From positions 108 through 64,107 of the forward strand of contig DATDTD010000064.1 in the NCBI GenBank assembly GCA_035290965.1: a stretch of 64,000 bases of DNA. The letters are read 5' to 3'. This stretch comes from an archaeon. GTDB lineage: Archaea > Iainarchaeota > Iainarchaeia > Iainarchaeales > GCA-2688035. The notes below the pieces were generated by a model. The model saw only the letters and a program-made list of their open reading frames with translations. It made no database searches and was not told the origin of the DNA. Positions 1 through 8,118 of the stretch are shown piece by piece. A program made the position numbers and the translations under genes. The first letter of the stretch is position 1. Each line of letters starts with the position of its first letter.

Positions 1-186
1 TTGCACGAAGCAAACTCGGAATACCTGGAAAAGACTCGCAAAATTTATTCCCTGCTTGCAAAAAAGCACAACTGGATTGAAATCACATGCGCGGAAAAAA
101 AGCAGGGCTCCTGGGCTGTGAAGCCGATAGGGGCGGTTAACAAAGAGGTTCTTGAAAAACTCAGGGCAAGGCAAATTATTAAATAG
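1..186 (+). CDS. 3' fragment of a gene truncated by the window edge; tail weakly resembles nucleotide (dTMP-type) kinase C-termini
   Basis: ORF open to position 1 with stop at 184-186. The ...EYLEKTRKIYSLLAKK... helix pattern is only a weak by-eye similarity. Confidence 0.3.
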   Translation: MHEANSEYLEKTRKIYSLLAKKHNWIEITCAEKKQGSWAVKPIGAVNKEVLEKLRARQIIK

Positions 187-218
187 TTGTTTTCCGTTAT
201 TATTTCAGGTTTTTTTAT

Positions 219-1259
219 ATGGGCGCATACATTGACGGGGTAATCGAGTCCTTCAGGCATTCGCTTAATGTCCCGCTCTGGCTCTATTTCATGCTCGTTA
301 CAATTATTTTCCTTATTGTTACGGGAATTGTCTGCATTGTTTTTCTGCTTCTGGGAATTTTCCTTGCTTCGGGAATTCTCGGTACTGACATTCTGAAAAT
401 GATTTTGGATTTGGTTGCAGGCAATGCGGCCGGCTATTCCGCTCTTTTGGGCCTTTCTGCCGCCCTTACAATTCCTGCAGTCATTGCAAACCTTGCAGTT
501 GTATTCGTTGTTTTTTTCATTGCCTGGATTATTGTGGACCTTTTAATCGGCTCTTTTTTCGAGGCAGCGCTTTTTTTCCTTGCAAGGGATTCCCTGCAGG
601 GAGCAAAGCTTGACCTTGGAAGCGCATTTTCAAGCGCAAAGGAAAAATTCCTTGTTTTGTTCAAAGTCAGGGTCCTTGTAGGAATTTTCGTCTCGATTTT
701 GTCGCTCGTAATTTTTTCGCCACTGCTCGCTTCGATTCCCGCTTTAATGCAGCAAATGCCTTTGCTTTCAATGGCATCGGGCAATCCAGGAACTGCCAGC
801 TCTGCAATGCTTGCATTCATTGGCTTTTTCCTGCTCGCTGCAGTGCTTTTCCTTGTACTGTTGCTGGTTCTTTTTTTCCTTTCCCCTTTCCTTACTTTAA
901 TGGTGCCCACTGCAATTTTCTCAAAACTCGGGGCAGTCGATTCGATAAGGCGCACAATTGAAATAACAAAGGCAAAATACTGGGAATCCCTGGGATTTTT
1001 GCTCCTGTTCGGAGTTCTTGCAGGCATTGCCCTGTCTGTTTTCATAGCAATAATAATAGTCATTGAATTCCTGTCTATTTTTGCAATATTCTTCATTGCA
1101 CTTGCTGTTTTCCTTGCAATAGTGCGCGTTGCACTTCAATTCGCTTTCGGCACTTGGATGAATGCCTGGACAACTCTCTCGCAGGTAATCCTCTACGACC
1201 TGAACTCCGGCCATGCAAAAAAACCTGCAAGAAAATCCTTTGTCGGCGGAACACGCTGA
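219..1259 (+). CDS. polytopic integral membrane protein, unknown function
   Basis: 346-aa ORF with many long hydrophobic segments (for example IIFLIVTGIVCIVFLLLGIFLASGILG). The antisense ORFs look like low-complexity artefacts. Confidence 0.6.
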   Translation: MGAYIDGVIESFRHSLNVPLWLYFMLVTIIFLIVTGIVCIVFLLLGIFLASGILGTDILKMILDLVAGNAAGYSALLGLSAALTIPAVIANLAVVFVVFFIAWIIVDLLIGSFFEAALFFLARDSLQGAKLDLGSAFSSAKEKFLVLFKVRVLVGIFVSILSLVIFSPLLASIPALMQQMPLLSMASGNPGTASSAMLAFIGFFLLAAVLFLVLLLVLFFLSPFLTLMVPTAIFSKLGAVDSIRRTIEITKAKYWESLGFLLLFGVLAGIALSVFIAIIIVIEFLSIFAIFFIALAVFLAIVRVALQFAFGTWMNAWTTLSQVILYDLNSGHAKKPARKSFVGGTR

Positions 1260-1341
1260 TTCTTCTTCTGCCTGTTAACCCGCTTTTTGAAAAGGCAATC
1301 TTTAATATTCCAAAGCGCCTTAATTTAACGGAGCATCAACA

Positions 1342-1578
1342 ATGGCAGTGCCAAGAGACCTTAAAAAAATTCATGAAATCAAGCTTGTAAATGGAAAAAT
1401 TGTCAGCATCACTAACTTTTCCCAGCTTGAGCGCCGCAGAATAAAACCGCATATCGGAAGGCTGCTTGGAAGCGGAAAATCAGTAACCGGGCATGCATCC
1501 ACGCTTTTTGTAGATCTCGGAGTTGAAAGCCGCAGCCTCGGGACAAGGCAGGGCAGCCGCAGAAGGCGCGGGCACTGA
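1342..1578 (+). CDS. small basic hypothetical protein
   Basis: 78-aa ORF with an R/K-rich C-terminus (GSRRRRGH). No recognisable family. Confidence 0.3.
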   Translation: MAVPRDLKKIHEIKLVNGKIVSITNFSQLERRRIKPHIGRLLGSGKSVTGHASTLFVDLGVESRSLGTRQGSRRRRGH

Positions 1579-1629
1579 TAAAAAGCAGTTTTTAATAATC
1601 CCGAAGCATATTAATTTACTGATTACAAA

Positions 1630-2028
1630 ATGCCCGTAACAAAAAACCGCAGAAGAACGCGTTCTGTTGTGCACATTAAGGGAAAAACCGCGGGCCTCGG
1701 GCGCCATGCAGTGCAGCCTTCTTCCGGCATGCATCCGCAAAAGCGCTTTCGCATGCTGCTTGGCGGTGCGCGCGGAATCACTGAAGAAAAGAGAAACCGC
1801 AACAGGCTTTTCAGGGCTGGAACTTCAATTGGACTGACGCGTGATTCTGCGAAAGCAATTGCCTTATTCAAGCCTTCACAGCGCGACATTGATGCGGGTG
1901 TTTTCGGCGTAAAGGTAAGGCCAAAGCTAAACGAGATTGCCGACGCGAGAACAAAGGAAGCTGAAAAAAAATCTGCGCGAAGAAGGCGTTCACAAATTTT
2001 TAAAAGATTCTTCCGCGGAAAAAAATAA
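1630..2028 (+). CDS. highly basic hypothetical protein (possible nucleic-acid binding)
   Basis: 132-aa ORF, very R/K rich at both ends (MPVTKNRRRTRS..., ...KKSARRRRSQIFKRFFRGKK). I could not match it to any ribosomal protein family by eye. Confidence 0.4.
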   Translation: MPVTKNRRRTRSVVHIKGKTAGLGRHAVQPSSGMHPQKRFRMLLGGARGITEEKRNRNRLFRAGTSIGLTRDSAKAIALFKPSQRDIDAGVFGVKVRPKLNEIADARTKEAEKKSARRRRSQIFKRFFRGKK

Positions 2029-2056
2029 AATTTTTTCTGATTCAAGCGTCCTGCGC

Positions 2057-2638
2057 TTATTCTTTTGCCCTGAACATTTTTCCGTGCCCGGGAATTATAT
2101 AATCCGCTTTTTCCAGAATAAGTTTCCTGCTTTTCAGCAAATCCTTTTTGTTTTTTGCATAAGGATCTTTCAGGGACAATAATTCTTTCCTTCCTGTTTT
2201 CTGCTTCCCTGTTTCCCACCACCACAAATCAGCGGCAATTGCAACCACTCCCTTTTCTGTTTGCACAATCGGAGTTGCGTGCTCGTGCGCATGCCCCGGA
2301 GTTGGAACAACCTCTATTTCTGTTCCGGGAATTTTTCCCTTAAAAGAAATTTCCTTGTCCCCGCGGTAAATACTGTCCCCGTCCAAAATATCCTTTCCGG
2401 GAAAAAGCCTTATGTTCAGGATATGGTCAGGATGATAATGAGTCAAAAAAACAATGTCAATATTCTTTGGAGTTAAGCCTTCTTTTTTCAGGGCTTCCAG
2501 AAGCAGTTTTTCGTTGCAGCCCGGATCAACGATTATTTTTTTGCCGGAATCCTCAATCAGCACAGTGCTGCTTGTAGCTTCCAAAAAATCCTTTTGTTGG
2601 CGTGCATATCCCTCTACGAGAACTTTTACAACAGCCAT
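2057..2638 (-). CDS. metallo-beta-lactamase fold hydrolase
   Basis: HxHxDH motif (LTHYHPDH), then the downstream His/Asp ligands TPGHAHEH, AADLWWW and a terminal PGHG. Confidence 0.8.
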   Translation of the reverse strand: MAVVKVLVEGYARQQKDFLEATSSTVLIEDSGKKIIVDPGCNEKLLLEALKKEGLTPKNIDIVFLTHYHPDHILNIRLFPGKDILDGDSIYRGDKEISFKGKIPGTEIEVVPTPGHAHEHATPIVQTEKGVVAIAADLWWWETGKQKTGRKELLSLKDPYAKNKKDLLKSRKLILEKADYIIPGHGKMFRAKE

Positions 2639-2748
2639 AAAACAAACCCAAATTATTCAGTTTGCAGTTTTACAATGTGAGCGAAGCGAACCCAATTTGC
2701 GGAGCAAATTGTTTCTTTCACAAGGCTTTCTTTTCCAAAGAAAGGCTT

Positions 2749-2819
2749 TGCGGGTGCCGGGAATTGGACCCGGGCCTCGACCTTGGCAAGGTCGTGTCAA
2801 ACCACTAGACCACACCCGC
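2749..2819 (-). tRNA. tRNA-Gly (GCC)
   Basis: Reverse complement GCGGGTGTGGTCTAGTGGTTTGACACGACCTTGCCAAGGTCGAGGCCCGGGTCCAATTCCCGGCACCCGCA folds as a cloverleaf. It has a 7-bp acceptor stem and an anticodon loop TTGCCAA. CCA is not encoded. Confidence 0.9.
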
Positions 2820-2826
2820 ACCTGCC

Positions 2827-2855
2827 TTTTCTTTTCTTTGCGAAAGAAAAGAAAA
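2827..2855. repeat. perfect 13-bp-arm palindrome (TTTTCTTTTCTTT-GCG-AAAGAAAAGAAAA) 7 nt upstream of the tRNA-Gly 5' end
   Basis: Read directly. It is part of a roughly 60-nt module duplicated upstream of tRNA-Val. Confidence 0.85.
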
Positions 2856-2964
2856 TGTAAGTTGCCAAAAGAAAAGAAACCTCCTCAAGCTGCCTAAAGA
2901 AAAGAAAAATTTCTTTGGCGCCTAGATACTTTTTTCCCGACAAGGATTTTAAAGCAATTGTGCA

Positions 2965-3037
2965 TGGGCCCGGTGAGAATTGGACTCACGGTCTCCACCT
3001 TGTAAGGGTGGCGTCATAACCACTAGACCACGGGCCC
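2965..3037 (-). tRNA. tRNA-Val (TAC)
   Basis: Reverse complement GGGCCCGTGGTCTAGTGGTTATGACGCCACCCTTACAAGGTGGAGACCGTGAGTCCAATTCTCACCGGGCCCA. Anticodon loop is CTTACAA. CCA is not encoded. Confidence 0.9.
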
Positions 3038-3041
3038 TGCC

Positions 3042-3074
3042 CTTTCTTTTCTTTTTGCGAAAAAGAAAAGAAAG
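3042..3074. repeat. perfect 15-bp-arm palindrome (CTTTCTTTTCTTTTT-GCG-AAAAAGAAAAGAAAG) 4 nt upstream of the tRNA-Val 5' end
   Basis: Read directly. It is followed by TGTAAGCTGCCCAAAGAAAAGAAA, which matches the tRNA-Gly upstream module. Confidence 0.85.
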
Positions 3075-3274
3075 TGTAAGCTGCCCAAAGAAAAGAAAAA
3101 ACCTGAATCTTTGGCAAACAAACTTTCCTTTTCCGAAAGAAAAGAACAATTTTGGCAATATGTGCTGTTGCTAAAGAAAAAGGCTGTGGGGAAATATTTA
3201 AATACAAATAATGCCTTATAGGTTTAGGTGATTTTTTGAAAGATGTTTTTTGCTGTGCTAACAATTTCTATTTG

Positions 3275-3649
3275 ATGCGCCTGATAGGCGCTTTGGTCAT
3301 AATTGTGGGATTTGCGTTATTGAGCGGTGCAGTCCTGAATTCTTCGGATTCATGGAGGGCGGTAAACGATTATTCTGGATGCGTTGCAAGCCTTTCTGCG
3401 GATGCCCCTGATTATTCGCAGCTGCGCCTGACTTACTGCCAGCAGTCAATCTATAATATTACAGGCGTACAGATGCTTGCACAGCCTTTGACAAAGAGCT
3501 TTCAGGCACAGGTTCTTCTTACTGCGGTAGTAAAGATATTTGCTTCAATTGCAATAATCTTCTTGGGAGTATGGCTTTACAGGCCTTTTTCAAGGATGAG
3601 GGCAATGCATGCGCAGGCGCATGCAGAGCAAAGGCACCACAGAAAATAA
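3275..3649 (+). CDS. small membrane protein, unknown function
   Basis: ATG at 3275 (MRLIGALVIIVGFALLSGAVL...), an N-terminal TM segment and a second TM near the C-terminus. The ORF track extends to a TTG at 3236. Confidence 0.45.
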   Translation: MRLIGALVIIVGFALLSGAVLNSSDSWRAVNDYSGCVASLSADAPDYSQLRLTYCQQSIYNITGVQMLAQPLTKSFQAQVLLTAVVKIFASIAIIFLGVWLYRPFSRMRAMHAQAHAEQRHHRK

Positions 3650-3737
3650 GAAGAAAGGCAATTGCTCTTTTTCCTTTTTCTTTATTTTTAATTCCTTCAG
3701 CGGAGCAATTGCTTTTTTTGCAGAACCTTTGCAGCAA

Positions 3738-5099
3738 TTAAGCCATTGTAACTACTTTTACTTTTTCAGAGTTTTCAAGGCGGCCTTTTTTCACTCCAAC
3801 CAAGCATTCAATGTTGTTTTCCTGTGCAGCATCGACAAGCCTTTTCGTTACTATGCCGTCGAAAACAACTGCTTTTGTTGCAGGATTTTTGTGCATTTCG
3901 TCAAGAAGGTCTCTTACGCTTACTTCCTTTATTGTGTTGTTTTTTTCATCGAGAAACCTTGCCTTCAGGGAATTTTTGAGTTCCTGCATTATTGGCCCGA
4001 ATTTCTGGTTTTCTTCCTGCGAAGCCGCAGGGCGAAGCTCTTCAAAAGAAGGCATTGCCCGAGGAGCGCCGTCAAATTCAAAGGGCTTTTCAAAAGGCCT
4101 TTCAAAGCTCCTGTGTTCAAACCTTTCCCGCGGCCTTTCCGAAAAATTTCCGCGCATAGGCGGCCTTCTTCCACTGCGCTGCGGCATTCCCCTTCCTCTG
4201 GTGTTTGGCTTGAATTCCCTCTGCGGAAATCTCCTAGGCGGGGGCCTGCTTGAATATTCCCGGTTTTCCATTTCACCTGAAAATCTGTACATTGCAACGG
4301 GAATTTTTCTTGCCAAACTCAAAAGAATTTCTTTTCTTGCAAGTTCCTCAACTTCTTTTCCATCGGGTGCCTTTGCAATGAATTCAATTGTTGCAGTCTG
4401 AACAAGCTGCCTTGCAATCAAATCCCCGCCCCGATCTCCGTCAACAAAAACAGTGATGTGCTTTTTTTTGCTGAGCTCTATTATTGTGGGAGAGATTTTT
4501 GCGCCGTTCATTCCGATAACGTTTTTGATGTTGCTTTTCAAAAGGTTTACAACATCCGCCCTTCCTTCAACAACAATTACCTGTTCGTTTGTTTCAACTT
4601 CCGGCCCTGCAGGAAGCTTTTCCTCTCCGAATTCGACTATTTCCGCTGTTCTCTTGTCCTCCATTATGCCTGTTGCTATTTCCTGGCTTTGGGGCATTTC
4701 AGAGGTTAAGTTCTGGAGCAATTGCTTTGCCCTTTCCGCGAGTGCGCTTCTTTTCACTGCCCTTGTGTCTTCTATTTTTTCGATTTCGAATTTTGATTCA
4801 TAAGGGCCTACCTTGTCAACGCTTTCAACGCACGCCGCAAGCATGCTTGTTTTTACCATGTCCATGCTGCTGGGGGCTGTCAAGGTACCGTTTGTTTTTC
4901 CCATCTGGATTTCGAATTCAACGTCAATCCTTCCTATTTTTCCGGATTGCTGAAGTTCTTTCAGATCCATGTCTTCGCCTAACAGCCCTTCTGACTGCCC
5001 GAAAACCGCGCCTATAATATCGTGTTTTTCTACTATTCCCTGTATTTCGAATTTTGCTTTTATCAGATACTTAAAAGTGTTCAAGTATGTCTTTGCCAT
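3738..5099 (-). CDS. dnaG: archaeal DnaG-type primase (Toprim domain)
   Basis: N-terminus MAKTYLNTFKYLIKAKFEIQGIVEKHDIIGAVFGQSEGLLGEDMDLKELQ is typical of archaeal DnaG. Toprim motifs are VVEGRADV and FVDGDRGGDLI. ATG at 5099. Confidence 0.9.
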   Translation of the reverse strand: MAKTYLNTFKYLIKAKFEIQGIVEKHDIIGAVFGQSEGLLGEDMDLKELQQSGKIGRIDVEFEIQMGKTNGTLTAPSSMDMVKTSMLAACVESVDKVGPYESKFEIEKIEDTRAVKRSALAERAKQLLQNLTSEMPQSQEIATGIMEDKRTAEIVEFGEEKLPAGPEVETNEQVIVVEGRADVVNLLKSNIKNVIGMNGAKISPTIIELSKKKHITVFVDGDRGGDLIARQLVQTATIEFIAKAPDGKEVEELARKEILLSLARKIPVAMYRFSGEMENREYSSRPPPRRFPQREFKPNTRGRGMPQRSGRRPPMRGNFSERPRERFEHRSFERPFEKPFEFDGAPRAMPSFEELRPAASQEENQKFGPIMQELKNSLKARFLDEKNNTIKEVSVRDLLDEMHKNPATKAVVFDGIVTKRLVDAAQENNIECLVGVKKGRLENSEKVKVVTMA

Positions 5100-5140
5100 T
5101 AAATACCACTTCCGTGAAAATTTTACTAGAATCAGAGCAA

Positions 5141-5398
5141 TCAATGCAGGATTTTTTCAAGGGCTTCCTGTTCCGGGAGATTTATCAAAATTTTTTTCCG
5201 CGGACTTTTAAAGCCCTGAATAATTCTTGCATTTGTTTTAAGTTTTTTTTCGAGTTCTTTTATAACTTCAAGATTCGCCCTGTTTTTTTCCGCAGGGCTT
5301 TTAACCTTGATTTTGAGTTCTTTGCTTGAATCAAACCCCGCGATTTCAAACCTGCGCGAGTTTGGGATTATTTTTGCCTTCAAAACAAAATTTTCCAT
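5141..5398 (-). CDS. DUF167/YggU-family small protein
   Basis: MENFVLKAKIIPNSRRFEIAGFDSSKELKIKVKSPAEKNRANLEVIKELEKKL matches the UPF0235 pattern (KV.P.a....i.....l.i.v.a.p..GkAN.el). The upstream part of the 138-aa track ORF is probably not coding. Confidence 0.6.
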   Translation of the reverse strand: MENFVLKAKIIPNSRRFEIAGFDSSKELKIKVKSPAEKNRANLEVIKELEKKLKTNARIIQGFKSPRKKILINLPEQEALEKILH

Positions 5399-5541
5399 AA
5401 AACCATTCAAAAAAAAATTTAACAAATTTTTTTTGCAGCACTGCTTTTTTTGTGCAATGCCTGCCAATTGCTCTAATCCTGAAAAAATTTGTTGAAAGCA
5501 AAGAATATTAATATATGCCTTTTCATGCTCCAATTCCCAGA

Positions 5542-5946
5542 ATGACAAGATACGCAAAAGGAGCCAATGCAGAGAGAGAACTCGTGCATCTTTTATTCGA
5601 CAAGGGATTCAGCGTTATCCGCACTGCAGGAAGCGGAAAAACCTCTCTTCCCGCCCCTGACATAATCGCAATGAAACCCAGCAAGCACCTTGCCTTTGAA
5701 TGCAAGGCATGGGCATCCAACAACCTTTCAATTCCAGTTGCTTCCATGGAAGAATTCCTTTCCTGGTGCACGCGCGCAGGAGTAGAGGCAATTATTGCAT
5801 GGAAATATCCCAGAAAAGGATGGTTTTTCCTAAAGCCCGAAATGCTGCACAACACAGGCAAGTATTATGCTATTTCAAAAAAAGACGCAGAGCGCCATAA
5901 CCAGTACCTTGAGGTTGTAACAGGAATACAGGCGCAGCTGAAATGA
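5542..5946 (+). CDS. hjc: Holliday junction resolvase Hjc
   Basis: KGANAERELVHLLFDKGFSVIRTAGSG...PDIIA...LAFECKA is the archaeal Hjc PD-(D/E)xK core. Confidence 0.85.
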   Translation: MTRYAKGANAERELVHLLFDKGFSVIRTAGSGKTSLPAPDIIAMKPSKHLAFECKAWASNNLSIPVASMEEFLSWCTRAGVEAIIAWKYPRKGWFFLKPEMLHNTGKYYAISKKDAERHNQYLEVVTGIQAQLK

Positions 5947-6009
5947 AGCGCAAAAACAGGCTGCCTCCTTGTCGAAAGAATTATAAACAACCTGTAACTT
6001 TATACTAAA

Positions 6010-6384
6010 ATGCAGGGCAAAGAAAAGATTTTGGCTTTGGGCATTGCGTTAATATTGTTCTTTTTAGCATCAAACATTGTTAGCCAAATTTTTAAAACAA
6101 CAGATTATAGTTCAATGCAGGCAAATGCCTTGTATACTGCAGTAACTCTTGTGGCAATAGGCTTGGTTGCAATGCTTCTTGGGGCGTTCCTCATAAAAGT
6201 AGAATCCATTAGTACGGGCTTGATGGGAGGAAGTGTCCTGATTCTGATTTACGGAGGTGGCTGGTATTATGTACTGTCCCAAAACCAGCTTGAAAAAACT
6301 GTTTTGCTTGCAATAGTTTTTATAGTTCTGGTTGCGGTGGGGTATTTGAAATTCTCCAAAAAAGGCAAATCGGATTCCAAATAA
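6010..6384 (+). CDS. small membrane protein, unknown function
   Basis: 124-aa ORF with four predicted TM segments. Confidence 0.5.
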   Translation: MQGKEKILALGIALILFFLASNIVSQIFKTTDYSSMQANALYTAVTLVAIGLVAMLLGAFLIKVESISTGLMGGSVLILIYGGGWYYVLSQNQLEKTVLLAIVFIVLVAVGYLKFSKKGKSDSK

Positions 6385-6452
6385 CCGCGCATAGTTTCTT
6401 TTTTAATCCTTTTTTTGCACAATTTATTTCATTGGTTAAAAACGGTTTTTTT

Positions 6453-6599
6453 ATGCGTGTTCCCCTCGATGATGTGATTAACGAAGTAAAGTTCCGCCTT
6501 GAGAACAACAAGGACGGCCTGCGCACAAAGATTCTCCTGCAGGAAGCCTTGCAGGCGCTTGAGGGCTACAAAAGCCTGCTTGAACAGAAAAAACTTTGA
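6453..6599 (+). CDS. possible 48-aa helical protein (below the ORF-track cutoff)
   Basis: ATG at 6453. Translates to MRVPLDDVINEVKFRLENNKDGLRTKILLQEALQALEGYKSLLEQKKL, with stop at 6597-6599. It is convergent with fic. Confidence 0.25.
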   Translation: MRVPLDDVINEVKFRLENNKDGLRTKILLQEALQALEGYKSLLEQKKL

Positions 6600-6605
6600 C
6601 AACAA

Positions 6606-6641
6606 GTACTAATTTTAACTAAATTAGTAGCTATTAGTATT
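6606..6641. repeat. copy 1 of a 36-nt repeat flanking fic (GTACTAATTTTAACTAAATTAGTAGCTATTAGTATT)
   Basis: Contains the palindrome TACTAATTT-N4-AAATTAGTA plus a third TTAGTA half-site. It lies just downstream of the fic stop. Confidence 0.85.
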
Positions 6642-6647
6642 TGGTTT

Positions 6648-7988
6648 TCAAGTAGTCTTGATTTTCTCTTCGAATTGGGCTGATTTGTAGAAAAGGAACT
6701 GTTTTTGTTTTTTTTGATAAGCAAGGTATCCCTTTTTTGCAAGGTCCAGCAAATCTGTTCTTGCTGTTTGATAAGTGACATTGTATTTTGTTTGTGTTTC
6801 TTGGATGGTAATTATTTTTTCCGGTTCTTCGATAAAGTCTTTTAGTATAAGTGATTGTCTGAGGCTTAGGTGTTTTGCTACTTTGGTCATGAGCTGGAGC
6901 GCTTCGGTGCGCTCTTTTTGTTTTTGTTTAAGATAGTCATCCAATTCGTTAATTGCCTTTGCGATTGCTTCCAGATTGTAATGAATAAAGTAATTAAGGT
7001 CTAATTCGTCATTTTCAGTATAGAGATAAGCTTTGGCATATTGTGTGTACGCCCTTTTGATTATTCTTGATATGGGCATATATTCGAAAGTCCAGTATCC
7101 TGCCTTTAAACACGACCAATAAAAAATTGCTCTTGCAGTTCTTCCATTTCCATCTTCGAACGGGTGGATGTATCCGATTAGAAAATGCAGGGCAATTGCT
7201 TTTATTATCGGGTGAATGAAGGGGCTTTGCGAATTTGCAAGATCGCAAAAGTCTTGCATTAATTGGGGTATTTTGTTTGCATTTGGCGGCACGTGCATTA
7301 TTTCTCCTGTAAGGGAGTCTTCGACAGTTATATCGTTGCTTTGCCGGAATTTTCCTTCGGCACTTTGGTTTGATAGAGTTCCATTTGTCATTTTTTTGTG
7401 AATGGATAAAACTGCATTTTGAGTGAGTTGTTTATTTTTTTGGTCGTTTGATTCGAATAGTTCTTTTATGAAAGTGATTGTTTGATAATTGTTGTAAATC
7501 ATTTGTTCTGAATTGCTTTTGGGTTTTCTCCTTGTACGGAGCATTTCTTTGGCAACTTTTCGAGTGGTCATGGCTCCTTCCATCTGGCTCGAGGCAATGG
7601 CTTCTTCCATCAAGGAATTGATTAAATATTTTTTCCGTTCGCCTGCCTGAAATCTTCCCAAGGACGATTCTGACCCGATTATTAGCCCTGCGTGCGAGTC
7701 GATGAAGTGGAGTTTTTCCTGTGCTATTTCAGTTAGAAAGTAGTTAAATGTTATTTCCCCTATTTTTATGTGCTTGTATTGCTGGGTTCTAAAAAGTTTT
7801 ATAATGGCCCAAAGTTTTTTGTAATCTATCGGCAGGCCAGAAAAATGATACTTAAGCTCTTCCCAGTACAGATATTTGGATAAGGCATTTTTTACTGCAT
7901 TGGCTATTTGAACATTGTCAAGTAATCCTGGAAATTCAGGGCTGAGGGGTTCGCTTTTCCAATTAGGCGGATTTTCAGGTTTTTTCAT
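6648..7988 (-). CDS. fic: Fic/DOC family protein (AMPylase-type), class II, with a C-terminal winged-helix region
   Basis: Canonical Fic motif HPFEDGNGRTARA. An N-terminal inhibitory-helix motif SSQMEG fits (S/T)xxxE(G/N). The C-terminal part (LSLRQSLILKDFIEEP...YNVTYQTARTDLLDLAKKGYL) looks like a wHTH. Confidence 0.9.
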   Translation of the reverse strand: MKKPENPPNWKSEPLSPEFPGLLDNVQIANAVKNALSKYLYWEELKYHFSGLPIDYKKLWAIIKLFRTQQYKHIKIGEITFNYFLTEIAQEKLHFIDSHAGLIIGSESSLGRFQAGERKKYLINSLMEEAIASSQMEGAMTTRKVAKEMLRTRRKPKSNSEQMIYNNYQTITFIKELFESNDQKNKQLTQNAVLSIHKKMTNGTLSNQSAEGKFRQSNDITVEDSLTGEIMHVPPNANKIPQLMQDFCDLANSQSPFIHPIIKAIALHFLIGYIHPFEDGNGRTARAIFYWSCLKAGYWTFEYMPISRIIKRAYTQYAKAYLYTENDELDLNYFIHYNLEAIAKAINELDDYLKQKQKERTEALQLMTKVAKHLSLRQSLILKDFIEEPEKIITIQETQTKYNVTYQTARTDLLDLAKKGYLAYQKKQKQFLFYKSAQFEEKIKTT

Positions 7989-8002
7989 AATAATCGCAGC
8001 AA

Positions 8003-8038
8003 CTACTAATTTTAAATAAATTAGTAGATATTAGTATT
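8003..8038. repeat. copy 2 of the fic-flanking repeat (CTACTAATTTTAAATAAATTAGTAGATATTAGTATT)
   Basis: Same orientation as copy 1. It lies in the fic upstream region. Confidence 0.85.
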
Positions 8039-8055
8039 AAAAAGCCGTATGCCAA

Positions 8056-8091
8056 CTACTAATTAGCTAGAAATTAGTAATTATTAGTATT
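8056..8091. repeat. copy 3 of the fic-flanking repeat (CTACTAATTAGCTAGAAATTAGTAATTATTAGTATT)
   Basis: Same orientation. It lies 17 nt after copy 2. Confidence 0.8.
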
Positions 8092-8118
8092 TGCTGATGG
8101 CTGGTCCTGGCAAACAAT

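Noticed and set aside
434-1096. 220-aa minus-strand ORF inside the 219-1259 membrane gene
   Set aside because: It is an antisense artefact. The + strand product has coherent TM segments, while the minus product is K/R/S low complexity.
1342-2028. Relatively GC-rich stretch considered as a structured RNA (RNase P or SRP RNA)
   Set aside because: I found none of the conserved RNase P (GGAAAGTCC-type P4) or SRP (GGAAGGGAGCA-type) boxes. Two clean basic ORFs explain the region better.
1623-2225. 200-aa minus-strand ORF overlapping the basic + strand ORF and the MBL gene end
   Set aside because: It overlaps the 3' end of the well-supported MBL hydrolase gene, and its sequence has no domain-like pattern.
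2641-3230. Repeated AAAGAAAAGAA motifs considered as a CRISPR-like array
   Set aside because: There are no regularly spaced identical repeats with unique spacers. The motifs are short, purine-only and tied to the tRNA flanks.
5399-5557. N-terminal extension of the DUF167 ORF (track ORF 5141-5557), overlapping the hjc promoter and start
   Set aside because: The family-like sequence begins at MENFVLKAK (ATG 5398). The extension is C/Q/F-rich and overlaps the divergent hjc 5' region.
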